The translations under genes and the position numbers were made by a program. From Clostridiales bacterium (GTDB lineage: Bacteria > Bacillota > Clostridia > Oscillospirales > Acutalibacteraceae): DNA of 64,000 nucleotides. The notes below the pieces were generated by a model. It ran no database searches. It was not told the origin of the DNA and was given only the letters and a program-made list of their open reading frames with translations. Position 1 is the first letter of the stretch. Each line of letters begins with the position of its first letter. The stretch lies in the NCBI GenBank assembly GCA_036831405.1, contig DAISMS010000002.1, positions 26,202-90,201 of the forward strand, given 5' to 3'. Positions 10,234 through 20,372 of the stretch are shown here, piece after piece.

Positions 10234-11259
10234 ATGCAAAAGAAATGGACAGAGGATAAACTAAACCATATGCTGACAGAACCTTCACAGGCACTGATTC
10301 AGGATATGAAACAAATATCCGGCGATATCATGGTTCTGGGTGCAGGCGGCAAAATGGGGCCTACCCTTTGTATTCTGGCAAAGCGGGCGCTTGAAAAAGC
10401 CGGCAATCCTGCCAAGGTAATTGCAGTTTCAAGGTTTTCGGGTGCAGAGGAGCTGGAGCTTCTTCAAAAAAACGGGGTTGAGACCATCCGTTGTGATTTG
10501 CTGAATCACCAACAACGGCAGGCGCTGCCAAAGGCCGAGAATATTATTTTTATGGCAGGAAGAAAATTCGGAACAAACGGGCAAGAATGGCAGACTTGGG
10601 CGATGAACGCCACTCTGCCCGCCTTTATCGCGGAGCAGTTTCATGAATCCCGTATAGTGGTTTTTTCATCGGGCAATATCTACCCGATGGTGCCGATTCA
10701 TACCGGAGGATGCACCGAAGCCGACAGACCCCGGCCGGTGGGGGAATATGCAATGAGCTGCCTTGCCCGAGAACGTGCATTTGAGTATGCCGCCAACCAT
10801 TATGGAACAAAAGTATTTTTATATCGCCTGAATTTTGCGGTGGATCTTCGGTACGGTGTGCTTTATGATTTGGCGAATAACATATTGCAGAAAAAGCCCA
10901 TTTCTGTCACAACGCCCTGTATGAACTGCATCTGGCAGGGCAGCGCCAATGAAATTGCGCTGCGGGGATTGCTTCACGCTTCCTCACCTGCCTTAAAGAT
11001 GAATGTAACCGGGCCTGAAATCATTTCGGTGAAAAAAGCCGCCCGTCGTCTGGGTGAGATTCTCGGGAAAGAACCGATATTTGAGGGGACGGAAAGCAAT
11101 GATGCTTATCTGAATGATGCATCCAAAGCAATGGAGCTGTTCGGCTATCCGACTGTGCCGGTCCATACCTTAATCGAATGGCAGGGCGAATGGCTGAAAG
11201 ACGGTGGCAGGGGACTCGGTAAGCCCACCCATTTTGAAGAGCGCGGCGGCAGCTACTAA
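10234..11259 (+). CDS. NAD-dependent epimerase/dehydratase family protein (atypical SDR)
   Basis: Rossmann motif VLGAGGKMG near the N-terminus. The expected YxxxK region reads EYAMSCLARE, with no Lys at +4. There is a 4-nt gap to the upstream gene. Confidence 0.65.
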   Translation: MQKKWTEDKLNHMLTEPSQALIQDMKQISGDIMVLGAGGKMGPTLCILAKRALEKAGNPAKVIAVSRFSGAEELELLQKNGVETIRCDLLNHQQRQALPKAENIIFMAGRKFGTNGQEWQTWAMNATLPAFIAEQFHESRIVVFSSGNIYPMVPIHTGGCTEADRPRPVGEYAMSCLARERAFEYAANHYGTKVFLYRLNFAVDLRYGVLYDLANNILQKKPISVTTPCMNCIWQGSANEIALRGLLHASSPALKMNVTGPEIISVKKAARRLGEILGKEPIFEGTESNDAYLNDASKAMELFGYPTVPVHTLIEWQGEWLKDGGRGLGKPTHFEERGGSY

Positions 11260-11272
11260 GGAGAGTATATTT

Positions 11273-12301
11273 ATGAACAGACAGCAACAGGCTTTAGAAA
11301 TCTTTGCAGCGGGAACGGTGATACCCGCAACACCTTTAGCGCTGGATGAAAACCGTCGGTTCGATGCAGCAGCGCAGAAAAAACTCACCCGATACTACCT
11401 TGATGCAGGTGTGGGCGGAATTGCGACCGCTGTCCACACCACCCAGTTTGAAATCCGTGATCCGGAACACAACCTGCTGGAACCGGTTTTGCAGACGGTC
11501 GGCGAAGAAATTCAATGTTTCGAGCAAGAGACGGGGAGAACCATCGTAAAGGTGGCAGGGGTATGCGGCGACACCCAAAACGCTGTTAGAGAAGCCGAGC
11601 TTGCCAAGCAGTATGGCTATGATGCGGTTCTTCTCAGCCCGGGGGGACTAAACCACCGTTCCGAGGAGGAGCTGATTGAGCGGACAAAAGCGGTAGCCGC
11701 CGTGATGCCGATTATCGGGTTTTATCTGCAGCAATCGGTGGGGGGGCGGGTGTTCAGTTATCGATACTGGCAGCGAATATGCGAGATTGAAAATGTAATT
11801 GGAATCAAATGCGCCTCCTTTAATCGCTATACAACCATTGACGTGGTTCGTGCCGTCGCCTTTTCGTCGCGCAGGGATGCAATCACCCTGTATACAGGAA
11901 ACGATGATAATATTGTGGTTGACTTATTGACGCCATACCGTTTTACTGTGGACGGCAAGACGGTGGAAAAACGCTTTGAGGGGGGTCTGCTGGGACATTG
12001 GTCGGTTTGTACCAAATCGGTTGTTGCGATGTTTCAAAAAATAAAGGAGGCAGCCGGACAGCCGTGTATTCCCCAGGAGCTGCTGGCGCTTGGGGTAGAG
12101 GTGACCGACGCAAATGCCGCCTTCTTTGACGTGGCAAACGGCTTCAAGGGCTGTATTGCCGGTATTCATGAGGTGCTGCGCCGTGACGGGCACATGAACG
12201 GAATCTGGTGCCTGAATCCCGCAGAAACCCTCTCGTCCGGTCAGGTTGAGGAAATTGACAGGGTACTTGATATGTACCCGAATTTGAGAGATCCGAAATG
12301 A
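11273..12301 (+). CDS. DapA/NanA-family class I aldolase-like protein
   Basis: Start at ATG 11273 (MNRQQQ), preceded by AAGGAG. VIGIKCASFN resembles the Schiff-base Lys strand of DapA/NanA aldolases. The stop overlaps the sdaAB start. Confidence 0.6.
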   Translation: MNRQQQALEIFAAGTVIPATPLALDENRRFDAAAQKKLTRYYLDAGVGGIATAVHTTQFEIRDPEHNLLEPVLQTVGEEIQCFEQETGRTIVKVAGVCGDTQNAVREAELAKQYGYDAVLLSPGGLNHRSEEELIERTKAVAAVMPIIGFYLQQSVGGRVFSYRYWQRICEIENVIGIKCASFNRYTTIDVVRAVAFSSRRDAITLYTGNDDNIVVDLLTPYRFTVDGKTVEKRFEGGLLGHWSVCTKSVVAMFQKIKEAAGQPCIPQELLALGVEVTDANAAFFDVANGFKGCIAGIHEVLRRDGHMNGIWCLNPAETLSSGQVEEIDRVLDMYPNLRDPK

Positions 12302-12963
12302 ATGTATTTGATATTATCGGACCGGTGATGGTGGGACCGTCCAGCTCACATACAGCGGGCGCGGCGAGAGCGGGAAAGGTGGCGCGCCAACTGCTGGGGG
12401 CAGCCCCCGCAAAGGCGGAAATCATACTTTACGGTTCCTTTGCCTGTACCTATCGTGGTCACGGAACAGACAAAGCCATCATAGGCGGCTTGCTGGGCTT
12501 TGATGCGGATGATGTACGTATGATTGACAGCTTTGCGCTTGCAAAGCGGCAGGGGCTTGAATTTAAGTTTGTAAAGGGCAGCTCGGACAAATATCATCCC
12601 AATACAGCAAAAATTCGGTTACAGGGTTCTGGCGGGGAAGACACGACTGTTGTAGTTTCTTCGGTGGGGGGCGGAGCCATCAAAGTTGTAGAAATCAACG
12701 GCATCGAGGTCTCTTTTTCGGCTGATTATTACACAACCGTTATTATTAACCGGGATAAAGCCGGGGTTGTTGCAGAGATGGCAGCCGTTCTGGCTGAAAA
12801 CCAAATCAATATCGCATTTATGCGGCTGTTCAGGCAGGCGAATATAAATCAGGCAATCATGGTGGTGGAAACCGACCAGCCTGTAAGCCAAGATGTTCAG
12901 GCTTGTCTTAAAAAAATTTTACACATTAAAAAGGTTCTGGTGATTGAGCCATTATCGGCTTAA
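12298..12963 (+). CDS. sdaAB: L-serine dehydratase, iron-sulfur type, beta subunit
   Basis: N-terminus MNVFDIIGPVMVGPSSSHTAGAARAG plus a C-terminal ACT-like domain. Confidence 0.9.
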   Translation: MNVFDIIGPVMVGPSSSHTAGAARAGKVARQLLGAAPAKAEIILYGSFACTYRGHGTDKAIIGGLLGFDADDVRMIDSFALAKRQGLEFKFVKGSSDKYHPNTAKIRLQGSGGEDTTVVVSSVGGGAIKVVEINGIEVSFSADYYTTVIINRDKAGVVAEMAAVLAENQINIAFMRLFRQANINQAIMVVETDQPVSQDVQACLKKILHIKKVLVIEPLSA

Positions 12964-12978
12964 GGGGGCTGATGCAGA

Positions 12979-13851
12979 ATGAAAGAAATCAAATCTGTAA
13001 GCCAGCTTGTGGGGGAAGCAAACAGAGGGAGCTGTAAAATATCAGACGTGGTATTGCGGATTCAATCGGAGCAAATGGGTGTTTCGCAGGACGAGATTAT
13101 TGGGAAAATGCATCGGCAGTTGTCGGTTATGAAGCAAGCGGCAAAGGGCGGCTTTGGGGATAAGAGGTCGGCGAGCGGGCTCAGCGGGGGAATGGCGAAA
13201 CGTTATTCCGAAAGCAGCCAAAGCGGACGCCTGCTTTCCGGCGTGGCACATAGAGCTATTGCCATTGCACTTGCGGTGGCTGAGCACAACGCTTGCATGG
13301 GTCTGATTGTGGCTTCTCCCACCGCCGGTTCATGCGGTATTTTGCCCGGTGTGCTGCTTTCGGTAGGGGAATTATATCATAAATCGGATGTAGAACTGGT
13401 AAGTGGATTGTTCAACAGCGCCGGAATCGGGATGGTGATTGCAAAGCGTGCCTTTGTATCCGGCGCACAGGGGGGCTGTCAGGCGGAATGCGGAAGTGCA
13501 GCGGCTATGGCTGCATCAGCGGCGGTTGAACTGATGGATGGTACGCCTGAAATGTGCGCTTGGGCATGTGCCTTCAGTCTGAAATTCACAATGGGTTTGG
13601 TGTGCGATCCGGTTGCGGGACTGGTTGAGGTCCCCTGCGTTAAGCGAAATGCATCAAACGCAGCGATTGCACTGACCGCAGCCGAGCTTGCACTCACCGG
13701 AATTGAAAGCGCAATTCCGGCGGATGAGGTGATTGACGCAATGCGGGATGTTGGATTAAAAATGCCGGAAGCTCTCAAAGAAACATCACTCGGAGGTTTG
13801 GCGGCAACCAAAACTGCAAAAGCGATTGAGAATAGACTTTATATGGCATAA
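12979..13851 (+). CDS. sdaAA: L-serine dehydratase, iron-sulfur type, alpha subunit
   Basis: SPTAGSCGILPG and GGCQAECGSAAAMAA cluster-ligand segments. Confidence 0.9.
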   Translation: MKEIKSVSQLVGEANRGSCKISDVVLRIQSEQMGVSQDEIIGKMHRQLSVMKQAAKGGFGDKRSASGLSGGMAKRYSESSQSGRLLSGVAHRAIAIALAVAEHNACMGLIVASPTAGSCGILPGVLLSVGELYHKSDVELVSGLFNSAGIGMVIAKRAFVSGAQGGCQAECGSAAAMAASAAVELMDGTPEMCAWACAFSLKFTMGLVCDPVAGLVEVPCVKRNASNAAIALTAAELALTGIESAIPADEVIDAMRDVGLKMPEALKETSLGGLAATKTAKAIENRLYMA

Positions 13852-13969
13852 GGTTACGCCTGTAGATGTACCAAAAATTCATATTGCTCAATAAGCCTCT
13901 CACATGGAGGGAGTGGCGATTTATAACGCGGATTTCAGCCGGAATTCATATCAGAAAGGAAGTGAGCAG

Positions 13970-14581
13970 GTGAAAAAGTCGGAATTGACCAAGCAGCGTA
14001 TTCTGGAAGCGGCGGAAACCGAGTTTGCCGCAAAAGGAATATACGGAGCCCGGGTGGATGATATTGCCGAAAGGGCCAAGGCAAACAAACGAATGATTTA
14101 TGAATACTTTGGCAGCAAGGAGCAGCTATATTCGGAGGTTCTTGGTGTTGTTTACTCAAGGATTACGGAACGTGAGAAGGAGCTGCTAAATGACAATACT
14201 GATTGTATTCAGGCAATTCGCAACATCATTGCAATGTATTTTGAATTTTTAAACAGTGACCGGAATTTTGTGAAGCTCATTATGTGGGAAAACCTCAACC
14301 AAGCAAGATATATCAAGGCAAACGATGTGCCGATGATCAAGGATTACGCCATTCGTGCCGCCCGCCGTGTTCTTGAAAGAGGGATTAAACAAGGCGTATT
14401 CCGGCAGGACACGGATATCGAAGAAATCATTCTGTCACTGAATATGTTTACATTCTCTTACTTTTCCAACATCCATACCATGTCACAGGTTATGCAGATT
14501 GATTTTAATAAGCCGGAACAGATACAAAAACGTACAGATCACGTAACAAACATGATTCTCAATTTTATTGTAACAAAATAA
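13970..14581 (+). CDS. TetR-family transcriptional regulator
   Basis: N-terminal HTH (TKQRILEAAETEFAAKGIYGARVDDIAERAKANKRMIYEYFGSKEQLY). GTG 13970 follows AAAGGAAGTGAG. The track start at 13904 is an alternative. Confidence 0.8.
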   Translation: MKKSELTKQRILEAAETEFAAKGIYGARVDDIAERAKANKRMIYEYFGSKEQLYSEVLGVVYSRITEREKELLNDNTDCIQAIRNIIAMYFEFLNSDRNFVKLIMWENLNQARYIKANDVPMIKDYAIRAARRVLERGIKQGVFRQDTDIEEIILSLNMFTFSYFSNIHTMSQVMQIDFNKPEQIQKRTDHVTNMILNFIVTK

Positions 14582-14610
14582 TTATTGCAATGTTTGGAAA
14601 GGATATCGGT

Positions 14611-15756
14611 ATGAAAAGGATAAAAACAGTAGCATTGTCGGGCATTGGCGGATACGGTATGATATATGGCACTGCTTTTCTGGAAGAATGCGAGAAACGG
14701 GGACTGGAATTCACCGGTTGTATTGACCCCTATGCCGAAAAGTGCAGTTATATTAATCAGTTGCGAGATAAGAATATTCCAATTTATGAAAGCATGGAAG
14801 ATTTTTATAAAGAACAAGAAGCGGATCTCATGTGTATTGCCACCCCCATTCATCTGCATGAATCCCAGACACTCTATGCGCTACAGCATGGCAGTCATGT
14901 GCTATGTGAAAAACCCCTGTGCGCCACAATGGATGAGGCGCACAGAATGCTTGACGCTCAGAACGGCAGCAGCCTGCAGGTGGCAATCGGTTACCAGTAT
15001 TCTTTTAATCCGGGGATTCAGGCAATCAAAGCAGATATAATGAAAGGTAGATACGGGCAACCCCTGCTTTTTAAGGATATCACCTTAGGACCGAGAGACA
15101 GTATTTATTATCAGCGGGGATGGGCAGGCAGAATCAAGGCGGGCGACAACTATGTTTATGACAGTGTTGCCAACAACGCCTGCGCCCACTATCTGCACAA
15201 CCTGTTTTATCTGGCGGGGAAAACCATGAATACCTCGGCACTTCCCACATCTCATGAAACCGAGCTGTATCGGGCAAACAAGATAGAGAATTTTGATACC
15301 ATTACAACCAGAATACAGACCGACTGCGGAATCCCGCTGTATTTTGCAGCTTCCCACGCCATTGACAGATTGCAGCAGCCGTATTTTGAACTGGAATTCG
15401 AAAACGCGGTTATCAAATGCAATATGGTAACCCGCAAGGTTGAAATTTTTGCCGGCGGTAAGAATTATGAAGGGAGCCTTGCGCCCGACCCAAAGGAGCG
15501 GGAGAAAATATGGGCGGTCATTGAAACCATCAACAGTGGAAAACCGGTTGCCTGCGGCATCGAAACCGCCATGTCCCACACACGTTTCATCAATATGATT
15601 CAGTCCGAGGTTGAAATCCGGAATTTTGAGGAAGGCCGCATTCTCAAGAAGCAGAAACAGAACCCCAGCAGTGTGATAACATATGTGGACGGGCTGTATG
15701 ACCGATTGCAGACATGCTTTGAAAAGGCAGTTTTGTTAAGTGAAAGTGAGGGATGA
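14611..15756 (+). CDS. Gfo/Idh/MocA-family oxidoreductase
   Basis: ALSGIGGYG dinucleotide loop and the VLCEKPL (EKP) motif. ATG 14611 lies 7 nt after GGAAAGGA. Confidence 0.75.
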   Translation: MKRIKTVALSGIGGYGMIYGTAFLEECEKRGLEFTGCIDPYAEKCSYINQLRDKNIPIYESMEDFYKEQEADLMCIATPIHLHESQTLYALQHGSHVLCEKPLCATMDEAHRMLDAQNGSSLQVAIGYQYSFNPGIQAIKADIMKGRYGQPLLFKDITLGPRDSIYYQRGWAGRIKAGDNYVYDSVANNACAHYLHNLFYLAGKTMNTSALPTSHETELYRANKIENFDTITTRIQTDCGIPLYFAASHAIDRLQQPYFELEFENAVIKCNMVTRKVEIFAGGKNYEGSLAPDPKEREKIWAVIETINSGKPVACGIETAMSHTRFINMIQSEVEIRNFEEGRILKKQKQNPSSVITYVDGLYDRLQTCFEKAVLLSESEG

Positions 15757-16514
15757 AAATGTTTTCTACCGGAGTTACCTCTGTCACCTTTCGGAAATTA
15801 GATGTATCAGCTGTTATACAGCTTGCAGTAGAGGCTGAATTGGATGGAATCGAATGGGGCGGCGATATTCATGTGCCGCCAACCGATATTGAAAATGCCG
15901 AGAAAACAGGAGCGGCTACCAGGAAAGCTGATTTAAAGGTGCTTTCGTACGGGTCTTATTACACGCTTTCCGATTCTGTAAATCCGAGAGAGGATTTTAT
16001 GCCGATTTTGGAAACCGCGGCGGCGCTTGGTGCTCCATTGATTCGGGTATGGTGTGGAAACCGTTCCCCTGACAAAGCAGACCATACCTATTATGATAAG
16101 GTTATAGAAAATGGGAAAATCATGGGGGATATGTGCGCCAAAAAAGGTATAAAAACAGCCTTTGAGTATCATCGCAACTCTCTAACCCAAGAAAGCGAAA
16201 GCGCCTGCAGGGTGTTAAAAGGCATCGATCATCCCTTTGTCTGTACCGGATGGCAGCCAAACCCCCAAATAAGCCATGCAGATAATTTGGGGGAATTGCA
16301 GCAAATAAAGCCGTGGCTTGCCAATGTTCATGTTTTTCACTGGGAGGCGAATGAACGCTTTCTGTTAAAAGAAGGCTTCGATGCATGGTCTGCCTATCTC
16401 AATATAATAAAAGACGGAAATCATGCCATCATTCTCGAGTTTGTTAAGAACGATTCCATAGAAGCATTCATACAGGATGCCGAAACGCTAATAGAGCTGT
16501 CGGTCATATCGTGA
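15753..16514 (+). CDS. sugar-phosphate isomerase/epimerase (xylose-isomerase-like TIM barrel)
   Basis: 253 aa. Its start overlaps the upstream stop. The GIEWGG...IHVP and EYH pattern is typical of AP_endonuc_2 TIM barrels. Confidence 0.65.
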   Translation: MKMFSTGVTSVTFRKLDVSAVIQLAVEAELDGIEWGGDIHVPPTDIENAEKTGAATRKADLKVLSYGSYYTLSDSVNPREDFMPILETAAALGAPLIRVWCGNRSPDKADHTYYDKVIENGKIMGDMCAKKGIKTAFEYHRNSLTQESESACRVLKGIDHPFVCTGWQPNPQISHADNLGELQQIKPWLANVHVFHWEANERFLLKEGFDAWSAYLNIIKDGNHAIILEFVKNDSIEAFIQDAETLIELSVIS

Positions 16515-16587
16515 AATCGGGAGGGTGATATATTTTTAGAATCATGATAACCCTGTTTACAAAGCCAAATTCAGCTTGTATACAGGG

Positions 16588-17472
16588 TTATTTTTCTTTC
16601 TCTATTTGCCGAAATTGATTTCGATATGCGCTGGGTGAAATTCCGTTTTCCTTACGAAAGGTATTGGTAAAATAATTAGAATCACTATAGCCGATCCTTT
16701 CAGAAATTTCGCCAATTTGCAACCTAGATTCAGTCAGCAGCATTCGGGCCTTTTCCATTCGCAGTCCGGTAATATAGCGCCAGACAGTACCTTTGCCCTT
16801 GTGCTTGAAGATCTGCATGATATAGGATTTACTGCAATGACATTGACTCGCTATTTGTTCCAGTGTAACACGCTGGTTGTAATTCCGGTTCAGGTAATGG
16901 ATGATATAGCTATAAATATAATCCGAATTACAGTCATTGATGCTCATGGTTTCATAGATTCTCAGCCATGTGATATACAACAGCCGAAGCATGGCGCATA
17001 GGGGAGAAACCATGGTGTCGACAAACATCTGTGGCGGGGGGGGTTCACGTAAATGTTGCTGATAAATCTGCTTGAGCTGCTCTTTGTCCAGCAAGTACTT
17101 TTTAGACAGAATCTCCATACGGCGGCATGCCTGTTCAGGATCGGTTCGATATCCGCTTACACTAACAAACCCGATAATGCCCTGCCCGTCTGTGACAGGA
17201 AGGACATATTCCTCCACGCCTGCATAGCACATACCGTAAAATATACCATTTTGGCAATGCTCAATCACCTTTTGTTGCCGACATATACATTGGTTCCATA
17301 CATCCTTGTTTGTCTTGACGTAGAGGCAGTAAGAATTTTCATGAATATTATAAGGAACTAGCTCAATGAAGTTAGACAGCATCCCTGTAAACCCATGGAT
17401 GGTTATCTGGAATTCGTATTCTTTATTCAGATGCTGAATATAACGAGAAATTTGCTTTACAAGCTCTGTCAA
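16588..17472 (-). CDS. AraC-family transcriptional regulator
   Basis: C-terminal double HTH (LEQIASQCHCSKSYIMQIF ... IGYSDSNYFTNTFRKENGISPSAYR). Divergent from the FAD oxidoreductase gene. Confidence 0.85.
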   Translation of the reverse strand: MTELVKQISRYIQHLNKEYEFQITIHGFTGMLSNFIELVPYNIHENSYCLYVKTNKDVWNQCICRQQKVIEHCQNGIFYGMCYAGVEEYVLPVTDGQGIIGFVSVSGYRTDPEQACRRMEILSKKYLLDKEQLKQIYQQHLREPPPPQMFVDTMVSPLCAMLRLLYITWLRIYETMSINDCNSDYIYSYIIHYLNRNYNQRVTLEQIASQCHCSKSYIMQIFKHKGKGTVWRYITGLRMEKARMLLTESRLQIGEISERIGYSDSNYFTNTFRKENGISPSAYRNQFRQIEKEK

Positions 17473-17641
17473 TTAAATCCCTTCTAATTGTGTAATATAT
17501 TTTAGATATATTATAGTTTATTTAAGGTGCTTAACTTATTGTAGTAGTATCATTATAATGAAAAGTGTTGTGTGACGCAATGTTTTTCGGCTTTTATTAA
17601 TAATGCGCCTTTCCGGTCGGGGCGCAGAAGGTGTGATTTTT

Positions 17642-18925
17642 ATGACAAATCGAGTGTATATTGAACCCCGGCGAGAGATACCAATTGTCCGCAATGTTGA
17701 TGTTCTTGTGGTCGGGGGAGGTCCATCCGGCGTGGCAGCTGCGGTTTCGGCAGCACGGACAGGCGCAAAAACGATGTTAATCGAACAGCAGGGAACAGTA
17801 GGCGGAATGTCCACAGCGGGACTGATGAGCCACTGGACGGGCAGCGTGGAAAGCAAGATGTTTAGCGAGATCATTCGGGAAAGCGCCCGTTGCAACGAGG
17901 GCGCTTTTCACGAAAAACCAGATGTATGGATTAATCCGGAGAAGCTTAAGAACGTTTATTGGAACATGCTTTCGGATGCGGGTGTTGAGGTATGGCTTTA
18001 TACCGTGGCTTGCCTGCCAATTGTAGAAGACGGACGCGTGGCCGGTGTCATTACCGAGAGCAAATCGGGACGATCGGTGCTAAGGGGAAAGATCATCATT
18101 GATGCGAGCGGTGACGGTGACATTGCAGCGGCCAGCGGAGTAGAATATCAAAAGGGGAGAGAAGAAGACGGCAAAATGCAGCCTGCTACTCTTATGTTCA
18201 AGGTTGCAGGAGTGGATACCTCCCGCGCGGTTTATCTGCATTCATTTGAAAGCACCTTTGAAACACCGAAAGGTGAGCTGCAGCAACTGGCAAGAAAACA
18301 TCTGCCAAATCCGGCAGGGCACGTGCTTTTATATCCCACCACCCTTCCGGGCGTGGTTACCTGCAATATGACAAACTGCGTTGACGTGGACGGTACCGAT
18401 GTTCTATCCCTGACGCGTGCGGAAGCGGTCTGCCGGGGACAACTCTATTCCATCGAAGCATTCCTACGTGAATACGTACCCGGATATGAAAAATGCTTTA
18501 TTGTTTCCTCCGCATCCTTGATAGGCATACGTGAAACAAGGCACTTCAAGGGTGTTTACCAACTGACCCAAGAGGATATTCTCCAAGCGAGGCAATTTGA
18601 GGACTGGGTCGTGCGGGGAGCGCACTTTAATTTTGATGTTCATAACCTGACTGGATCAGGATTGGACGAAACGGGAGTTCAGAAGCATTTCCCCCATCAA
18701 AAGAGCTATACCATTCCTTATAGGTGCATGGTGCCAGAGAAAATTGAAAATCTGCTGCTCTGCGGGAGAAACATATCAGGAACGCATATGGCACACTCGA
18801 ATTTCCGCGCTATGCCGATCTGTGCTGCAATTGGAGAAAGTGCCGGAATTGCTGCAGCACTTTGTGCAACTAAGAATATTCCGCTACGCAAACTGGCTGC
18901 GGCAGAAATACAGTCACGATTATAG
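17642..18925 (+). CDS. FAD-dependent oxidoreductase (FAD_oxidored-type)
   Basis: VDVLVVGGGPSGVAAAVSAARTGAKTMLIEQ dinucleotide motif. Start taken at ATG 17642 (MTNRVYIEP). Confidence 0.75.
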   Translation: MTNRVYIEPRREIPIVRNVDVLVVGGGPSGVAAAVSAARTGAKTMLIEQQGTVGGMSTAGLMSHWTGSVESKMFSEIIRESARCNEGAFHEKPDVWINPEKLKNVYWNMLSDAGVEVWLYTVACLPIVEDGRVAGVITESKSGRSVLRGKIIIDASGDGDIAAASGVEYQKGREEDGKMQPATLMFKVAGVDTSRAVYLHSFESTFETPKGELQQLARKHLPNPAGHVLLYPTTLPGVVTCNMTNCVDVDGTDVLSLTRAEAVCRGQLYSIEAFLREYVPGYEKCFIVSSASLIGIRETRHFKGVYQLTQEDILQARQFEDWVVRGAHFNFDVHNLTGSGLDETGVQKHFPHQKSYTIPYRCMVPEKIENLLLCGRNISGTHMAHSNFRAMPICAAIGESAGIAAALCATKNIPLRKLAAAEIQSRL

Positions 18926-18994
18926 AAGTATCTAAGAACCCTACAGAGAAGATTAAGTGCCTGACCAAATCCGTAAAAAGAATATGGTTTTATC

Positions 18995-19030
18995 AACACC
19001 CAAAGGGCTGTGCGCAGCTTTTTGGGTGTT
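18995..19030 (+). terminator. hairpin after the FAD oxidoreductase gene
   Basis: AACACCCAAA ... TTTGGGTGTT 10-bp stem with a T-rich 3' arm. Confidence 0.5.
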
Positions 19031-19188
19031 CAATATATCTATGCCCAATTAAGCAAAAGCTGCACAATCTCGCCCCTCGCCTCCGAACCGCGATATTTGG
19101 ATATCACTCAAGGAATTTGCCAAAGTGTCAGATGTCTTGCTTTATAATGATACCATTCTGTTCTTGCCCATACATAAATTATATTCGG

Positions 19189-20331
19189 TTACTGCTTTTC
19201 AAACAGCAATTTACATTGCCGTAATACTTTATATAAATACCTGGTAAGCCGATAAAAGCGTTTTGTATGATATAACCTGTCCATTATCATAATATAAAAT
19301 TTATATACGAGATCTTTTATATTGTTTTTAAAAAGAACAAATCTGTAATTAATGCGATATCGTTCTGTCCAATGTAGTTTGTACTCTTCTTCCCCTCTCA
19401 TAAGATCCACCTCTGTAATTTCGCTGTTTTGTATAAAACCAAGGTCATACGATGCAGCTAAATGTCCAGGACTGTATTTTGCAAAATCGGGGTCGTAGGT
19501 TTTTATATACCAATATATCTTGTTGTTATATTTAAATGCATACGTAAATGCAATATAATCATCGTTATATTTTATTGATGAAAATGAAAGCCAAAAATTC
19601 CGAGAAAATTTTCGAATTATTTCCGAGTGAAATTTTCTGTATTTATCAAAAGCAAAATCGCTTACTTTTCCGCATTTTCGCCATTTCCTGATATGCATTT
19701 CAAAAAAACGCTGCAATAGTTCCTCATCAATATTTTGAAATTCGCAATGCGTGAAATTGCCTAAACGCGTGAGCTTTTTTGCACGATTTTGAATTTTAGA
19801 AAAAAATTTATTATTATATTCATGGATAAAAAATTGCTGGTTTTTTGATATATAATAGCATTTTCCCAAGCTGTAAAATTTAACGTCAAATATTTTTTTA
19901 TATATGTTGCAATTTTTACTTAAATATTGATATAGAGTGGTTACTTCTGGAATCTGCTGCATATCAAAAATGTCCCATCGCAGATTGGTGTATATAAAAT
20001 CAAACGCTTGATCCAAAATCTCATCAGCATCAAAAGTTTTATCTATAATAAAGCATCCGTAATCTGATATCCCGGTGCCGATAAAACTTAAAATTTTAAT
20101 TAATCCAGCTTTTCTTATATATAACGGGAGAATAGATATAATTTTACTGTCATTTTTTATGAGAATAATCGACAATTCCCCTTTCCCAAAAAAGTTCCAC
20201 CATGTTCGCAGCCATTCATAAGTCAGAAAAATGTCATTATAATCACTTCTGGACAGCAGTGCATTCCAATCAAATTCGATGTGTTCCCATTCCTCTGTTT
20301 TGGTGATTACACTGCATGAGTATTTATACAT
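19189..20331 (-). CDS. GNAT / CelD-like acetyltransferase (polysaccharide modification)
   Basis: The N-terminus (EEWEHIEFDWNALLSRSDYNDIFLTYEWLRTWWNFF) matches the CelD/BioF2-like GNAT pattern. Lies in the AT-rich island. Confidence 0.6.
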   Translation of the reverse strand: MYKYSCSVITKTEEWEHIEFDWNALLSRSDYNDIFLTYEWLRTWWNFFGKGELSIILIKNDSKIISILPLYIRKAGLIKILSFIGTGISDYGCFIIDKTFDADEILDQAFDFIYTNLRWDIFDMQQIPEVTTLYQYLSKNCNIYKKIFDVKFYSLGKCYYISKNQQFFIHEYNNKFFSKIQNRAKKLTRLGNFTHCEFQNIDEELLQRFFEMHIRKWRKCGKVSDFAFDKYRKFHSEIIRKFSRNFWLSFSSIKYNDDYIAFTYAFKYNNKIYWYIKTYDPDFAKYSPGHLAASYDLGFIQNSEITEVDLMRGEEEYKLHWTERYRINYRFVLFKNNIKDLVYKFYIMIMDRLYHTKRFYRLTRYLYKVLRQCKLLFEKQ

Positions 20332-20372
20332 GAGTTCACCCCAATAAACTATATTTATGTATAGTCATGTTA

